Shown piece after piece: positions 9,975 to 18,860 of a DNA stretch of 45,252 bases (positions are counted from its first letter, which is position 1; every line of letters begins with the position of its first letter). Origin of the DNA: an uncultured Prolixibacteraceae bacterium. Lineage in GTDB: Bacteria; Bacteroidota; Bacteroidia; Bacteroidales; Prolixibacteraceae. Where the stretch lies: NCBI GenBank assembly GCA_964349885.1, contig CAYGIQ010000002.1:1-45252 (forward strand), read 5' to 3'. Both the position numbers and the translations under genes were made by a program. The notes under the pieces were generated by a model. That model worked only from the letters and a program-made list of their open reading frames with translations. It made no database searches and was not told the origin of the DNA.

Positions 9975-11123
9975 CTATCTCTTAAGGGCATAAACTCCGG
10001 CAAATACCAGATAAACCATACAGACCACCAGTACCAGAAAACTGGCCACCACTCCGAATTGGGTGCTAACAGCCCCCATTACAGGAGGTATAAAGGCTCC
10101 TCCCGAAACTGCCATAATAAGAAGTCCTGAAATTTCATTGGCTCTTCCGGGCATCTTTTCAACTGAAATTGCAAAAATGAGGGGGAAAAGATTGGCCGAA
10201 CCCAGACCCGTCATAAAAATAGCAATCCGGGCCACGAGAAGAGAGGGGGCAAATACGAGAACCAGCAAACTCCCCAAGGCCAGTAGAGCAGTCCCTAACA
10301 GAAAAGCCCTTGCCGGAAACCAGTTGAGCAACACCGCCCCCGAAAAGCGCCCAATCATAAGTGCCGTAAAATAGAGACTTATGCCCAGCGAAGCCTGCTC
10401 GAGATTGAGACCATGCTGGAGCACCAAGAAATTGGCGATGTTCGAATTCATCCCCACATCGGATCCTACCAGCATAAAAATCCCCACCGCCATAACAGCT
10501 ATAAAAGGGTTCTTCAGCAAACTAAAACAGGAGCGGAAGGTAGCCAACTGCTCGGTAGATCGGCTCTCTTCAATTTTGGTCAGAAAAAGCCACAACACGG
10601 CCAGGAAGGAGGTGACTGCATACACGGCAAATACCAGCTTCCAATTGCCAAAAAATGCTGCCATGGCGGTGGTAATAATCGGCCCCAAAAGAGAACTGAT
10701 TGCTTTAACAAACTGGGAGAGGCTCATGTAACTCGAGAACTTTGACCCGGCTACATCGTGCAACAGCGGATTGGCCGAAACCTGTACAATGGTATTGCCG
10801 ACCCCCAGCACAATGAAGGCTACCAGCATGGTTGGGAAAGAATACCAAAGAAAGGGTATTACCATGCCAACACCTGTGAGCAACATACCAATATTGAGCA
10901 TGTTGCGTTTACCATACCTATCCTGAAGCAGCCCGGCCGGTACCGACATCAGAAAGAACCAAATCAACGCCATGGAAGGTAAAAACTGAGCTACTGAGTC
11001 GGTCAGTCCAAAATCATTTTTGATGTAGCCGGTAGCCACACCTACTATGTCGACAAATCCCATCACCAAAAAAGAGAGGAAGACAGGAAGTGTTTTCTGA
11101 AGGCCGGGATTGGTGTTCTTCAC
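9975..11123 (-). CDS. MFS sugar permease (FucP/GluP-like)
   Basis: 382 aa, strongly hydrophobic; GFVDIVG, QDRYGKR, GNTIVQVSANPL, ANLFPLIF, MAVSGGAFIP; GTG start. Confidence 0.88.
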   Translation of the reverse strand: MKNTNPGLQKTLPVFLSFLVMGFVDIVGVATGYIKNDFGLTDSVAQFLPSMALIWFFLMSVPAGLLQDRYGKRNMLNIGMLLTGVGMVIPFLWYSFPTMLVAFIVLGVGNTIVQVSANPLLHDVAGSKFSSYMSLSQFVKAISSLLGPIITTAMAAFFGNWKLVFAVYAVTSFLAVLWLFLTKIEESRSTEQLATFRSCFSLLKNPFIAVMAVGIFMLVGSDVGMNSNIANFLVLQHGLNLEQASLGISLYFTALMIGRFSGAVLLNWFPARAFLLGTALLALGSLLVLVFAPSLLVARIAIFMTGLGSANLFPLIFAISVEKMPGRANEISGLLIMAVSGGAFIPPVMGAVSTQFGVVASFLVLVVCMVYLVFAGVYALKR

Positions 11124-11152
11124 AATGTTATAATTTTAGTTAGTAACTGAAT

Positions 11153-11806
11153 TTATTGGTTGAAATTTCCGAAAAAATGATGTTCCACTATCAGCGCTAG
11201 AGTATGATAAACGGGTAAATGAAGCTCCTGCACCAAAAAGGTGCGTGTTTCAGGCACATTGATTAAAACATTGCAGTAGGTTTTCAAGCGTCCACCCGTT
11301 GCGCCGGTAAGACCAATAACCTGCATACCTTTGGCACGTGCAGTGATGGCGGCATCGAGAATATTCTGACTGTTTCCGCTGGTGGTAAGTGCCAATAAGA
11401 TATCGCCAGGCAAACCATAGCCCATTACCTGTTGGGCAAAAATCAGTGCGGGGTCGCTATCGTTGGCTACTGCAGTAAGCAGCGAAGTGTGGGCATTAAG
11501 CGCTATAGCCGGAAGAGCAGCCTGAAGTTTTCCTGCCAGATGCTCCCCCCTTTCGGGAGCGATTCCCAACAGCAGCTCCTTCCAACTGCCATCCAAGGGT
11601 CGGTGGCTTTCAAATCCTTTCATCAACTCGCCCACAATGTGCTCGGCATCGGCTGCGCTTCCGCCATTGCCGCAAACAAGGAGTTTATGCCCCCCGGAGA
11701 AACAACCGATAAGCGCTTCTCCAGCAGCAGCGACAGAACTTTGCACCGCAACAAGGGCAGGATGCCGACGTGTCATCTCTTCTAAAAAAATATTGCTGTT
11801 CTCCAT
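11153..11806 (-). CDS. gmhA: SIS-domain phosphoheptose isomerase (GmhA family)
   Basis: 217 aa; CGNGGSAADAEHIVGEL, TAVAND, TSGNSQN, VQELHLPVYHTL are GmhA/DiaA signature motifs. Symbol reflects the family; may be a catabolic paralog. Confidence 0.85.
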   Translation of the reverse strand: MENSNIFLEEMTRRHPALVAVQSSVAAAGEALIGCFSGGHKLLVCGNGGSAADAEHIVGELMKGFESHRPLDGSWKELLLGIAPERGEHLAGKLQAALPAIALNAHTSLLTAVANDSDPALIFAQQVMGYGLPGDILLALTTSGNSQNILDAAITARAKGMQVIGLTGATGGRLKTYCNVLINVPETRTFLVQELHLPVYHTLALIVEHHFFGNFNQ

Positions 11807-11815
11807 AGGTCTGTA

Positions 11816-12805
11816 TTAAAATTTATCCTCATAAATGGCCACACAAAGGGCAGCATAATCGCCTATTGCATCGCCCAGCTCAGCAGGCTTGATCGCACAA
11901 ACTCCAAGGGCAGCCGGAATGGCCTCCCGCTTCAAAACTTCTTCTACAAATGGATTGAAGAGTGCCGTATTGCGGGCGTAAATACTCCCAATTACAATGC
12001 ATTGCGGATTCAAAATGTCGATAAGTATTGCCAACCCCATACCCAGATAACGTGCAGAGATGCCGATAATTTCGAGGGCAACCGCATCCCCCTCCTGCGC
12101 TGCAAGTGCAACCTGACGGGCATCGAGTGAATTGACCGAGGCAAGATCGGGGCAGAACCCAACACTTTCGTTGAGATTCAATTTTTCCGTCACAATACGT
12201 TTTGCCAACTGAGCAATACCACCTCCACTGCAAAAACCTTCGAACGAACCGGCTTTTCCAAAGCCCACTGGACCATCGGGTGCCAGCCGGATATGGCCAA
12301 CTTCGCCACCGAGATCATTGGTGCCGCTGTAGAGTCTATTGTTCAGAATTAAGCCCGAGCCCATACCTGTTCCGAAGGTCAGAAAAACCATATTGGAAGT
12401 TCCCTTTCCGGCACCCATCAACCACTCTGCAAGGGCACAGGCATTGGCATCGTTTTGCAGGGCACATACAACACCATATCTTTCAGAAAAGATTTCTCCA
12501 ATTGGCACATCGTCCCAGCCAGGCAAATTTGGGGGCGAATGCACGGTTCCGGTGCGTGAATCGAGAGGTCCACCACAACTTATGCCAATGCGTCTAAGCC
12601 GGTAAGTGTGAAGTCGCTCCAGCATTCCATCGATCTGGTGCATAAACTCTTCGAGAATGGCTTTATACCCACGCTCGGTGTGGGTAGGAAAGGAAATCTT
12701 TTCGAGAACAACAAAATCAGAAGTACCCGCCACTACAGCACACTTGGTCCCTCCGATGTCGATTCCAAGGTAAATATCCCGATCAGAAAAATCCTCCCTT
12801 TTCAT
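11816..12805 (-). CDS. ROK-family sugar kinase
   Basis: 329 aa; GIDIGGTK, PPNLPGW, NDANACALAE, GTGMGSG, GEVGH; no N-terminal HTH, so kinase rather than repressor. Confidence 0.9.
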   Translation of the reverse strand: MKREDFSDRDIYLGIDIGGTKCAVVAGTSDFVVLEKISFPTHTERGYKAILEEFMHQIDGMLERLHTYRLRRIGISCGGPLDSRTGTVHSPPNLPGWDDVPIGEIFSERYGVVCALQNDANACALAEWLMGAGKGTSNMVFLTFGTGMGSGLILNNRLYSGTNDLGGEVGHIRLAPDGPVGFGKAGSFEGFCSGGGIAQLAKRIVTEKLNLNESVGFCPDLASVNSLDARQVALAAQEGDAVALEIIGISARYLGMGLAILIDILNPQCIVIGSIYARNTALFNPFVEEVLKREAIPAALGVCAIKPAELGDAIGDYAALCVAIYEDKF

Positions 12806-12860
12806 AACGTGTTGGTTTAGGTTGGAACATAACAGTCCTAAAAGTATAGAATAAAATCAT

Positions 12861-13673
12861 TCATATTACCGGAGAACTATCCTGACGACCCTTACATTCG
12901 GATTGACTGGCGCCCTTAAGCTGAAGCAAATCGTTGCGCAATCTACTAACAAACAAAAAGATGTCGGAGGAATGCAATACTACATTAATGCCCTGCGACA
13001 ACCATTTTTGCTGAAAAGCTATATCTCCGGAGTAGTGGATCCCGGCGGCCAATCCTGCTGCACGGACGCGCTCCACAATTCCGGCAACGGTCTTTTCAAA
13101 AACCGGGTGGTGGTATTGTTCGGGAAAACCTAGACTTACCGATAAATCGTGGGGGCCGATGATGACTCCGTCGAGACCCGGAACCGCCAGAAGATGGTCG
13201 AGGTTTTCAACAGCTGCAACGCTTTCGACATTGATCCACGCCAGACTACTAGGGTTGTATTGTTTCAGATAGTGCAGCAGCGTTTCGTCGGGTACCTCAT
13301 TGCCCTGCAGTATGGCTTCCAGTTTTTGACCTTTGAGTGGTCTAAATTTGGTAGCTCCTACCAGCGCCCTGACTTGTGCAGCACGCTCAACATAGGGCAT
13401 CATAACCCCAACGGCCCCGGCGTCTTTGGCCATAACCGCTAGGTATGGATCGGAGGAGGTAATCCTCACTATCGGACTAAGCCGCAAGGATCGATAAATA
13501 GAACACATGGTAGCGAGGGTAGCACGGTCGATGGGAATGTGTTCGGTATCAATAAATACAAAATCAACCCCAGTTGTGGCCACTGCTTCTGGCCAGTGCG
13601 GTGAAGCAGAGGTTACGCAGGTACCAAATATGGTATCTCCGTCTGAAAGTTTTTGTGCAAGATCTCTTTGCAT
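12861..13673 (-). CDS. HpcH/HpaI-family class II pyruvate aldolase (GarL/RhmA-like)
   Basis: 270 aa; DFVFIDTEH, PIVRI, DAGAVGVMMPYVE, NVES, IGPHDLSVSLG. Confidence 0.87.
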   Translation of the reverse strand: MQRDLAQKLSDGDTIFGTCVTSASPHWPEAVATTGVDFVFIDTEHIPIDRATLATMCSIYRSLRLSPIVRITSSDPYLAVMAKDAGAVGVMMPYVERAAQVRALVGATKFRPLKGQKLEAILQGNEVPDETLLHYLKQYNPSSLAWINVESVAAVENLDHLLAVPGLDGVIIGPHDLSVSLGFPEQYHHPVFEKTVAGIVERVRAAGLAAGIHYSGDIAFQQKWLSQGINVVLHSSDIFLFVSRLRNDLLQLKGASQSECKGRQDSSPVI

Positions 13674-13737
13674 ACCTTAACGAATTGCGTTTAGTAAAAA
13701 AACAAAAAGACTGTACGCCTTTCTTCGTGTATTTTTT

Positions 13738-13765
13738 AAAAAACCAATGACTATTTGTCCATTGG
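13738..13765 (-). terminator. Putative intrinsic terminator downstream of the metallophosphoesterase gene
   Basis: Minus strand reads CCAATG-G-AC-AAATA-GT-CATTGG followed by TTTTTT: an 8-bp stem with one bulge plus U-tract, 25 nt after the stop at 13791. Confidence 0.5.
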
Positions 13766-13790
13766 CCGACCTAAAATAGGCAGACCAGAC

Positions 13791-14798
13791 TCATTTCAGT
13801 GAAAATTTCAGATTCCTATTGGTTATGGCCGGCCGGATATATTTTCTGAGCTCATCGGGGTACCCAACCTCCCACGGAGAAGGGCCAACCCACGAACTTT
13901 TTCGTCCCTTAATGGAAATTTTTCCCTTTTTGGAAATTTTCACCATTGCATAGAGGGGATCAGCAATTGGAGCTGTGTATTTAATCCATCGAAAGTTTTT
14001 ATCGACCTCTTCACTGTAGCGTATGTGCTGATATTTTTCTCCCATCCAGAGATACGACATAGAAGTTAAGGTGATGTACCAAATGCCCTGAATGTTTTCG
14101 GCAATATCCCAGTGGGTATGTCCGTTGAAACAGGCAATAACCTTCCGACTAGGATTTTCGCCGTTGTGCTGCTGAAGTATGGATTGTATTTCGGCATAAT
14201 TATCGATTCCATAGGCCTCGCCATCGGCGAAATACCTAGCCAAACCCTGATGTGAGAATATAACTACCGGGAAAGGTGTTTGCTTCAGTTGTTCACTGAG
14301 CCAAGCGGTCTGTCCGGGTCCGATGTATTGGGTATATCCCCTCGACTCGGGATGGGGTTTATCATTTCCATCGAGCACCAAAAAGCGAAATCCATTGCGG
14401 TCGAATGCATAATAGCTGTTTTCCATATTACGGTATGCAACCGCCTGCTCCCTCGTGGTACCGCCATCCATTTCATGATTCCCTATTACGTGATAGCGAT
14501 CGCCAGGAAAACTGTTCCAGATGTCGAACATGGCTGTGAATTTGGGGTCGGGAATAGCAAAATCACCCAATTCGATGATAAAATCGGGACGGGCAGCCTT
14601 CATTGCCTCCACAAAATGGGTGATTCGGTATTCCGAATCGTGCATAGTGGGCAGATGCACATCGGTGCAAATACCAAAAGTTACCTTATGAGCCCGTTGC
14701 CCTGAGGCTGGAAGCGCAACTATGAGCGCAACCAACAGCCCAACTGACAGCAGGAAAGTCGGGAAGCTGATTTTTTTAATTCTACTACGATTTTTCAT
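13791..14798 (-). CDS. Exported calcineurin-like metallophosphoesterase
   Basis: Signal peptide; TDVH, LGDF, GNHE, FSHQ, GHTH metal-binding motifs; ATG 14798 preferred over TTG 14807. Confidence 0.88.
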   Translation of the reverse strand: MKNRSRIKKISFPTFLLSVGLLVALIVALPASGQRAHKVTFGICTDVHLPTMHDSEYRITHFVEAMKAARPDFIIELGDFAIPDPKFTAMFDIWNSFPGDRYHVIGNHEMDGGTTREQAVAYRNMENSYYAFDRNGFRFLVLDGNDKPHPESRGYTQYIGPGQTAWLSEQLKQTPFPVVIFSHQGLARYFADGEAYGIDNYAEIQSILQQHNGENPSRKVIACFNGHTHWDIAENIQGIWYITLTSMSYLWMGEKYQHIRYSEEVDKNFRWIKYTAPIADPLYAMVKISKKGKISIKGRKSSWVGPSPWEVGYPDELRKYIRPAITNRNLKFSLK

Positions 14799-14840
14799 CT
14801 GAAACAAATCATTTTTGGGTTGATACCATACGGCAAACCT

Positions 14841-15446
14841 TTACACGTCGATGGGTGAGAAGTGTGTCCAGAGGGTTGGGGAAAGTCGAAAATCGCTGAA
14901 ATGCGCATTAAAGCTGCTGTTGCCCGGACTGCAGGCATATACCCCTACTTTGGGCGTGGAGTTCGCCTCGGGCATATGAAACATGCGCATCTGAAAGAAG
15001 GCAAATCCATCGTCGGAATACTCCAGCAAAAAGTCGTTCGCCAGTCTGCTAATGCGAAACCACTTCGAAGCGCTGGTGTAAGGAATATCTACCGATGCCC
15101 AATCGGAATAACCCAATCGGGAAACTACCGAGCCAAGGCGTCCGAAATGTTGGTTTTCATATTCGACCGATGCCTTTACCCAATTCTCCTCGTCAGACAT
15201 CAGCACAAGGCCGGCCTGATCGTAAAGATGACATGCAGCCGAGGCAACGCATACCGAAAAGGTAAAATCGCCTTCCGGAGTATAATACCAAAGCGGGGCA
15301 TTGGCAATGCTAAAGCCATAATAGGTCTTTTGCCAAAGATCGGTTTGGGGTGAAGTGACCCATTGAACATCAAATTCTCCAATCTGAAAGACTAGGGGCT
15401 TGTTGTTCCAGTCAAAAATGCGCATGGGCAGTTTACCATACTTCAT
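14841..15446 (-). CDS. DUF1349 (Ree1-like, ConA/beta-sandwich) protein
   Basis: QTDLWQKTYYGF, YDQAGL, WVKASVEYE, LGSVVS, YSDWA, VGVYACSP; start moved to ATG 15446 (or 15425) to avoid overlap with the AraC gene. Confidence 0.85.
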   Translation of the reverse strand: MKYGKLPMRIFDWNNKPLVFQIGEFDVQWVTSPQTDLWQKTYYGFSIANAPLWYYTPEGDFTFSVCVASAACHLYDQAGLVLMSDEENWVKASVEYENQHFGRLGSVVSRLGYSDWASVDIPYTSASKWFRISRLANDFLLEYSDDGFAFFQMRMFHMPEANSTPKVGVYACSPGNSSFNAHFSDFRLSPTLWTHFSPIDV

Positions 15447-15460
15447 AGCCGAAAGGGAGA

Positions 15461-16315
15461 TTATTTTTTGAAATCCTTCCTGTACTCCGAGGGCGTTTTC
15501 TTCATAATCGATTTGAAATAGTGGTTGAAATTCGCCAAGTTGTTGTAACCGCACTCATAGCAAATCTGGGTAATCTGCTTGTCGGTTTCGGCCAGCAGTT
15601 TGGCAGCAATCCCAATCCTGACATTTTTCACATAATCCATAAATGTCTGATTGGTCTTCTTTTTAAAATAGCGGCAAAATGAGCCGGGCTCCATATACAC
15701 CAGTGCAGAGGCCTCTTTGAGTTTTATGTCGGACTGAATGTTTTCGAAAACATATTCATAAATCTTGTTGACCTGCTCGCGGTCCTTATCATAACTCTGG
15801 GGTGCAGCGGAGGGTAACGCCAGAATCTCCCGGTCTTCGATCTGCAATAGAAGGCTGAAAACTTTCAATAGTTCGATGTAGCGGTTCAACCCGTCGAGGT
15901 TGGTCATCTTGCGCAAAACCATTCCCACTTTCTCAGCCTTTTTCCCTTTAAACCAAATTCCGTTGTTGGCACTTTTGAGGAGATCTACCACCTCCTCCAA
16001 CTCGGGAATGTTGAAGAAGTCGGATCCTATAAGGTTTTCATAAAAGTGGGTGACAATACACTCGGCCGGCTTGCTCGGTTTCGACTCCAGCACATCCCAC
16101 GAGTGGGGCAGATTGGGACCCAGTATAACCAAATCGCCTTCGCTGTAGCTCGAGATGTTGCTCCCCACAATTCGTTTTCCAGCTCCGGCAGTAATGAAAT
16201 TTAGTTCATAGTTGGAATGCGAATGGATTTTATGGTTATTGATATCCATTAGCATCCGACGGGTAACGAACGAATGCTTGTGGGACACAAAAATCTTTTC
16301 ATAGATAATTTGCAT
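15461..16315 (-). CDS. AraC-family transcriptional regulator with N-terminal cupin domain
   Basis: HSHSNYELNFI and GPNLPHSW cupin motifs; C-terminal FCRYFKK...ITQICYECGYNNLANFNHYFKS...TPSEYR double HTH; ATG at 16315. Confidence 0.93.
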   Translation of the reverse strand: MQIIYEKIFVSHKHSFVTRRMLMDINNHKIHSHSNYELNFITAGAGKRIVGSNISSYSEGDLVILGPNLPHSWDVLESKPSKPAECIVTHFYENLIGSDFFNIPELEEVVDLLKSANNGIWFKGKKAEKVGMVLRKMTNLDGLNRYIELLKVFSLLLQIEDREILALPSAAPQSYDKDREQVNKIYEYVFENIQSDIKLKEASALVYMEPGSFCRYFKKKTNQTFMDYVKNVRIGIAAKLLAETDKQITQICYECGYNNLANFNHYFKSIMKKTPSEYRKDFKK

Positions 16316-16340
16316 GTTAATCTTTTTTAACCATATCCCG

Positions 16341-16367
16341 CAAATATAGAAATATTTCAATAGCAAA
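16341..16367 (-). promoter_or_regulatory. Bacteroidota sigma-A promoter for the AraC gene
   Basis: TATATTTG (TAnnTTTG -7 consensus) at 16348-16341, 25 nt upstream of the ATG; a TTTG at 16367-16364 with a 15-nt spacer (shorter than usual). Confidence 0.6.
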
Positions 16368-16492
16368 AGTTAAAAAATAATGTAATTAGATCAAGATAAG
16401 ACAAGCAGAAAAAATTGAATTGCGCTTTATTTGCTTATAATTGTTTTAGCCTTTGAAAAAGGGCTCAATAATGCAAATTGATCTTAAAAACC

Positions 16493-17422
16493 ATGCGGAT
16501 GAAAAAACCTGTGCAGGGAATAATCCCCCCGATAGTTACCCCATTAACTGAAGATAACCAGCTGGATGTTGCCGGCTTGGAGAGACTTGTTGAACATCTT
16601 ATTGTAGGTGGGGTTCATGGTATTTTTATATTGGGCACCACCGGCGAAGCTCCGAGTCTAACTTACGAAATGCGCAAGGAGGTAATCGACAGAGTTTGCC
16701 GTCAGGTAGCAGGCCGATCCATAGTTATGACCGGCATTACCGACACCTCTTTCGAAGGGTCTTTGAATATTGCAGAATATGCCCACAAGGCAGGCTGCGA
16801 TTCTGTTGTAGTGGCTCCACCATACTATATTCCAATTACCCAGAGTGAACTTATAATCTATTTTGAACACCTGATACCTCGGCTGCCTCTGCCCCTCATG
16901 CTTTACAATATGCCGGGCTACACCAAACTCCACATGGAAATTGAAACGGTACAGGCGGCTGCCGATCTGGGTGCAATTGGCATCAAGGATAGTTCGGGCG
17001 ATATGCTCTACCTCTTTTCGCTGATTGATGCTTTTAGGCAAAATCCAGACTTCGCCATAATTTCAGGAACCGAACTTTTCATTCCTGAGACCATCATTCA
17101 CGGTGGGCATGGAGCAGTTTGCGGAGGAGCCAATCTTTTCCCAAGGCTTTTCGTCGACTATTACGAAGCATCGGTCAACCGTGATTATGCCACCATTGAA
17201 GTGTTGCGCCAGAAAGTAATGCATCTCTACAATACCATCTACAATGTAAGTCCGAATGCCTCAAAATATACAAAAGGCATCAAATGCGCCTTAGCGGCAA
17301 TGGGGATTTGCAGCGATTATATGGCCATGCCTTTACAGCGTTACAACGCTGCTGAGCGGCTGGTAATTAAGCAATACATCGAAGAGATGAGCGATTATTC
17401 AGTGGCAGAAACCAGACATTAG
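16493..17422 (+). CDS. DHDPS/N-acetylneuraminate lyase family aldolase
   Basis: GIIPPIVTP, LGTTGE, PPYY, LYNMP, GIKDSSGD (Schiff-base Lys present); start ATG 16493 or 16499. Confidence 0.88.
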   Translation: MRMKKPVQGIIPPIVTPLTEDNQLDVAGLERLVEHLIVGGVHGIFILGTTGEAPSLTYEMRKEVIDRVCRQVAGRSIVMTGITDTSFEGSLNIAEYAHKAGCDSVVVAPPYYIPITQSELIIYFEHLIPRLPLPLMLYNMPGYTKLHMEIETVQAAADLGAIGIKDSSGDMLYLFSLIDAFRQNPDFAIISGTELFIPETIIHGGHGAVCGGANLFPRLFVDYYEASVNRDYATIEVLRQKVMHLYNTIYNVSPNASKYTKGIKCALAAMGICSDYMAMPLQRYNAAERLVIKQYIEEMSDYSVAETRH

Positions 17423-17441
17423 GTCAAAAAAATATTTTCGT

Positions 17442-18785
17442 ATGCCCCGGAAGCTCATAACCGCCATTTTGATACTGGCTGTTCAGTTCGCACAGGCACA
17501 ATTTGTCTTTGTGGGTGCTCCTTCCGAAGGCTTTGAGCAGAGAATCCGGACCCACATCGATACCATTAGAATTGTCGACACCCACGAACACCTCGGGCCC
17601 CAAACCCGGGGCAGTAGTATCGAGAAACTCGATTTTATGCTTCTGCTGCAGCAATATGCCGACGATGACATTAAATCGGCGGGGTTATCAAAACCGGGCT
17701 TCGCAGGCTTGCTGGGAGATTCCCTTTCCGAAACCGAAAAATGGCAGATTCTAAAACCCTATTGGGAAAAATCAATCAATACCACATACAACCGGCTGGT
17801 GAACTATACCATTCAACAGCTATTTGGAATGGATGCGTTAAGCGACCGAACGGTAGTACCCCTCTCTGAAAGCATCAGGGAGGCCTACCAATCGGATTGG
17901 TACCACACGGTAATTTCCGAGAAGAGCAACATCGCCTATGTTATCAACGATCATCCGAACCGTAATTCCGGGAATCCCAAAATTTTCAGATATACCAAAC
18001 GGTTTGATTACCTGCAGATTGATAAACGCCAAAAAATTGAGCAATTGGCCCTGCAGCACTCTGCAGCCATATCCTCATTGGAGGATTTGGAGCAAATTTT
18101 GCGACGCGATTTTGACCAAGCGCTTGAAGAGGAATTTGTAACCATAAAATCGACCGCAGCTTATTACCGAACACTCTACTTCCGCGATGTCCCCCGCGAG
18201 GAAGCAGCCAAAGTCTTCGAGCTAATCGCAAACAGCAACAACCAACCGCTCCCCGAGCAGACCACCCGCATTTTGGCCGATTACATGATGCACAGAATAC
18301 TCGATCTGGCATTGCAACACAACAAACCTATTCAAATCCATACCGGATTGCAGGCTGGCGACGGTAACTTTATCCAACATTCCAACCCTGCATTGCTGAG
18401 CAATCTGTTTCTCAAATACCGCGATGTTAAATTTCTGTTGATGCACGGTGCCTATCCTTATGGTGGAGAACTGGCAGTGCTGGCGAAAAATTTCAGAAAT
18501 GTATATTTCGACATCAGCTGGGTCTATACCATCTCACCTTCTTTTACTGAACGTTACCTGCACGAATGGTTGGAAACCGTACCTGCCGGTAAAATTATGG
18601 GGTTTGGAGGCGACTACGACCATGTGGAACACATCTACGCCCACTCCCTGCTCGCTCGTGAAATATTGTCGAGGGTGCTTACCGATAAAGTTCGCAGCCA
18701 ATACTTTACCGAAGAAGAAGCGATCAAAATCGCTTCAATGGTGCTCTTCGAAAATGCCGTTGAGATTTTCAATCTCGGCCAATAA
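17442..18785 (+). CDS. Exported amidohydrolase-superfamily protein
   Basis: 447 aa; signal peptide ending AQA; DTHEH, QIHTG, LMHGAYP, FGGD metal-ligand motifs. Confidence 0.82.
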   Translation: MPRKLITAILILAVQFAQAQFVFVGAPSEGFEQRIRTHIDTIRIVDTHEHLGPQTRGSSIEKLDFMLLLQQYADDDIKSAGLSKPGFAGLLGDSLSETEKWQILKPYWEKSINTTYNRLVNYTIQQLFGMDALSDRTVVPLSESIREAYQSDWYHTVISEKSNIAYVINDHPNRNSGNPKIFRYTKRFDYLQIDKRQKIEQLALQHSAAISSLEDLEQILRRDFDQALEEEFVTIKSTAAYYRTLYFRDVPREEAAKVFELIANSNNQPLPEQTTRILADYMMHRILDLALQHNKPIQIHTGLQAGDGNFIQHSNPALLSNLFLKYRDVKFLLMHGAYPYGGELAVLAKNFRNVYFDISWVYTISPSFTERYLHEWLETVPAGKIMGFGGDYDHVEHIYAHSLLAREILSRVLTDKVRSQYFTEEEAIKIASMVLFENAVEIFNLGQ

Positions 18786-18860
18786 CCTATAATCCGACCG
18801 GATGGATGGTACTGTCCGCGCTCAAGCTTTCTGAACCGAAACCCAAAAAAACCAAAACCT

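Noticed and set aside
8041..11806. Ordinary ADP-heptose/LPS biosynthesis cluster
   Set aside because: No adenylyltransferase, HldD or heptosyltransferase in the window, and the genes are interleaved with importers and catabolic enzymes; not fully excluded without the rest of the genome.
15447..15554. Long overlap of DUF1349 with AraC (likewise 30375-30455 of DUF3089 with GH92, and 16316-16366 of AraC)
   Set aside because: Artefacts of longest-ORF start calling; downstream ATGs give sensible N-termini without overlap.
16493..17422. dapA (lysine biosynthesis)
   Set aside because: Family motifs are shared by many lyases; the context is AraC-linked sugar catabolism with no lysine-pathway genes.
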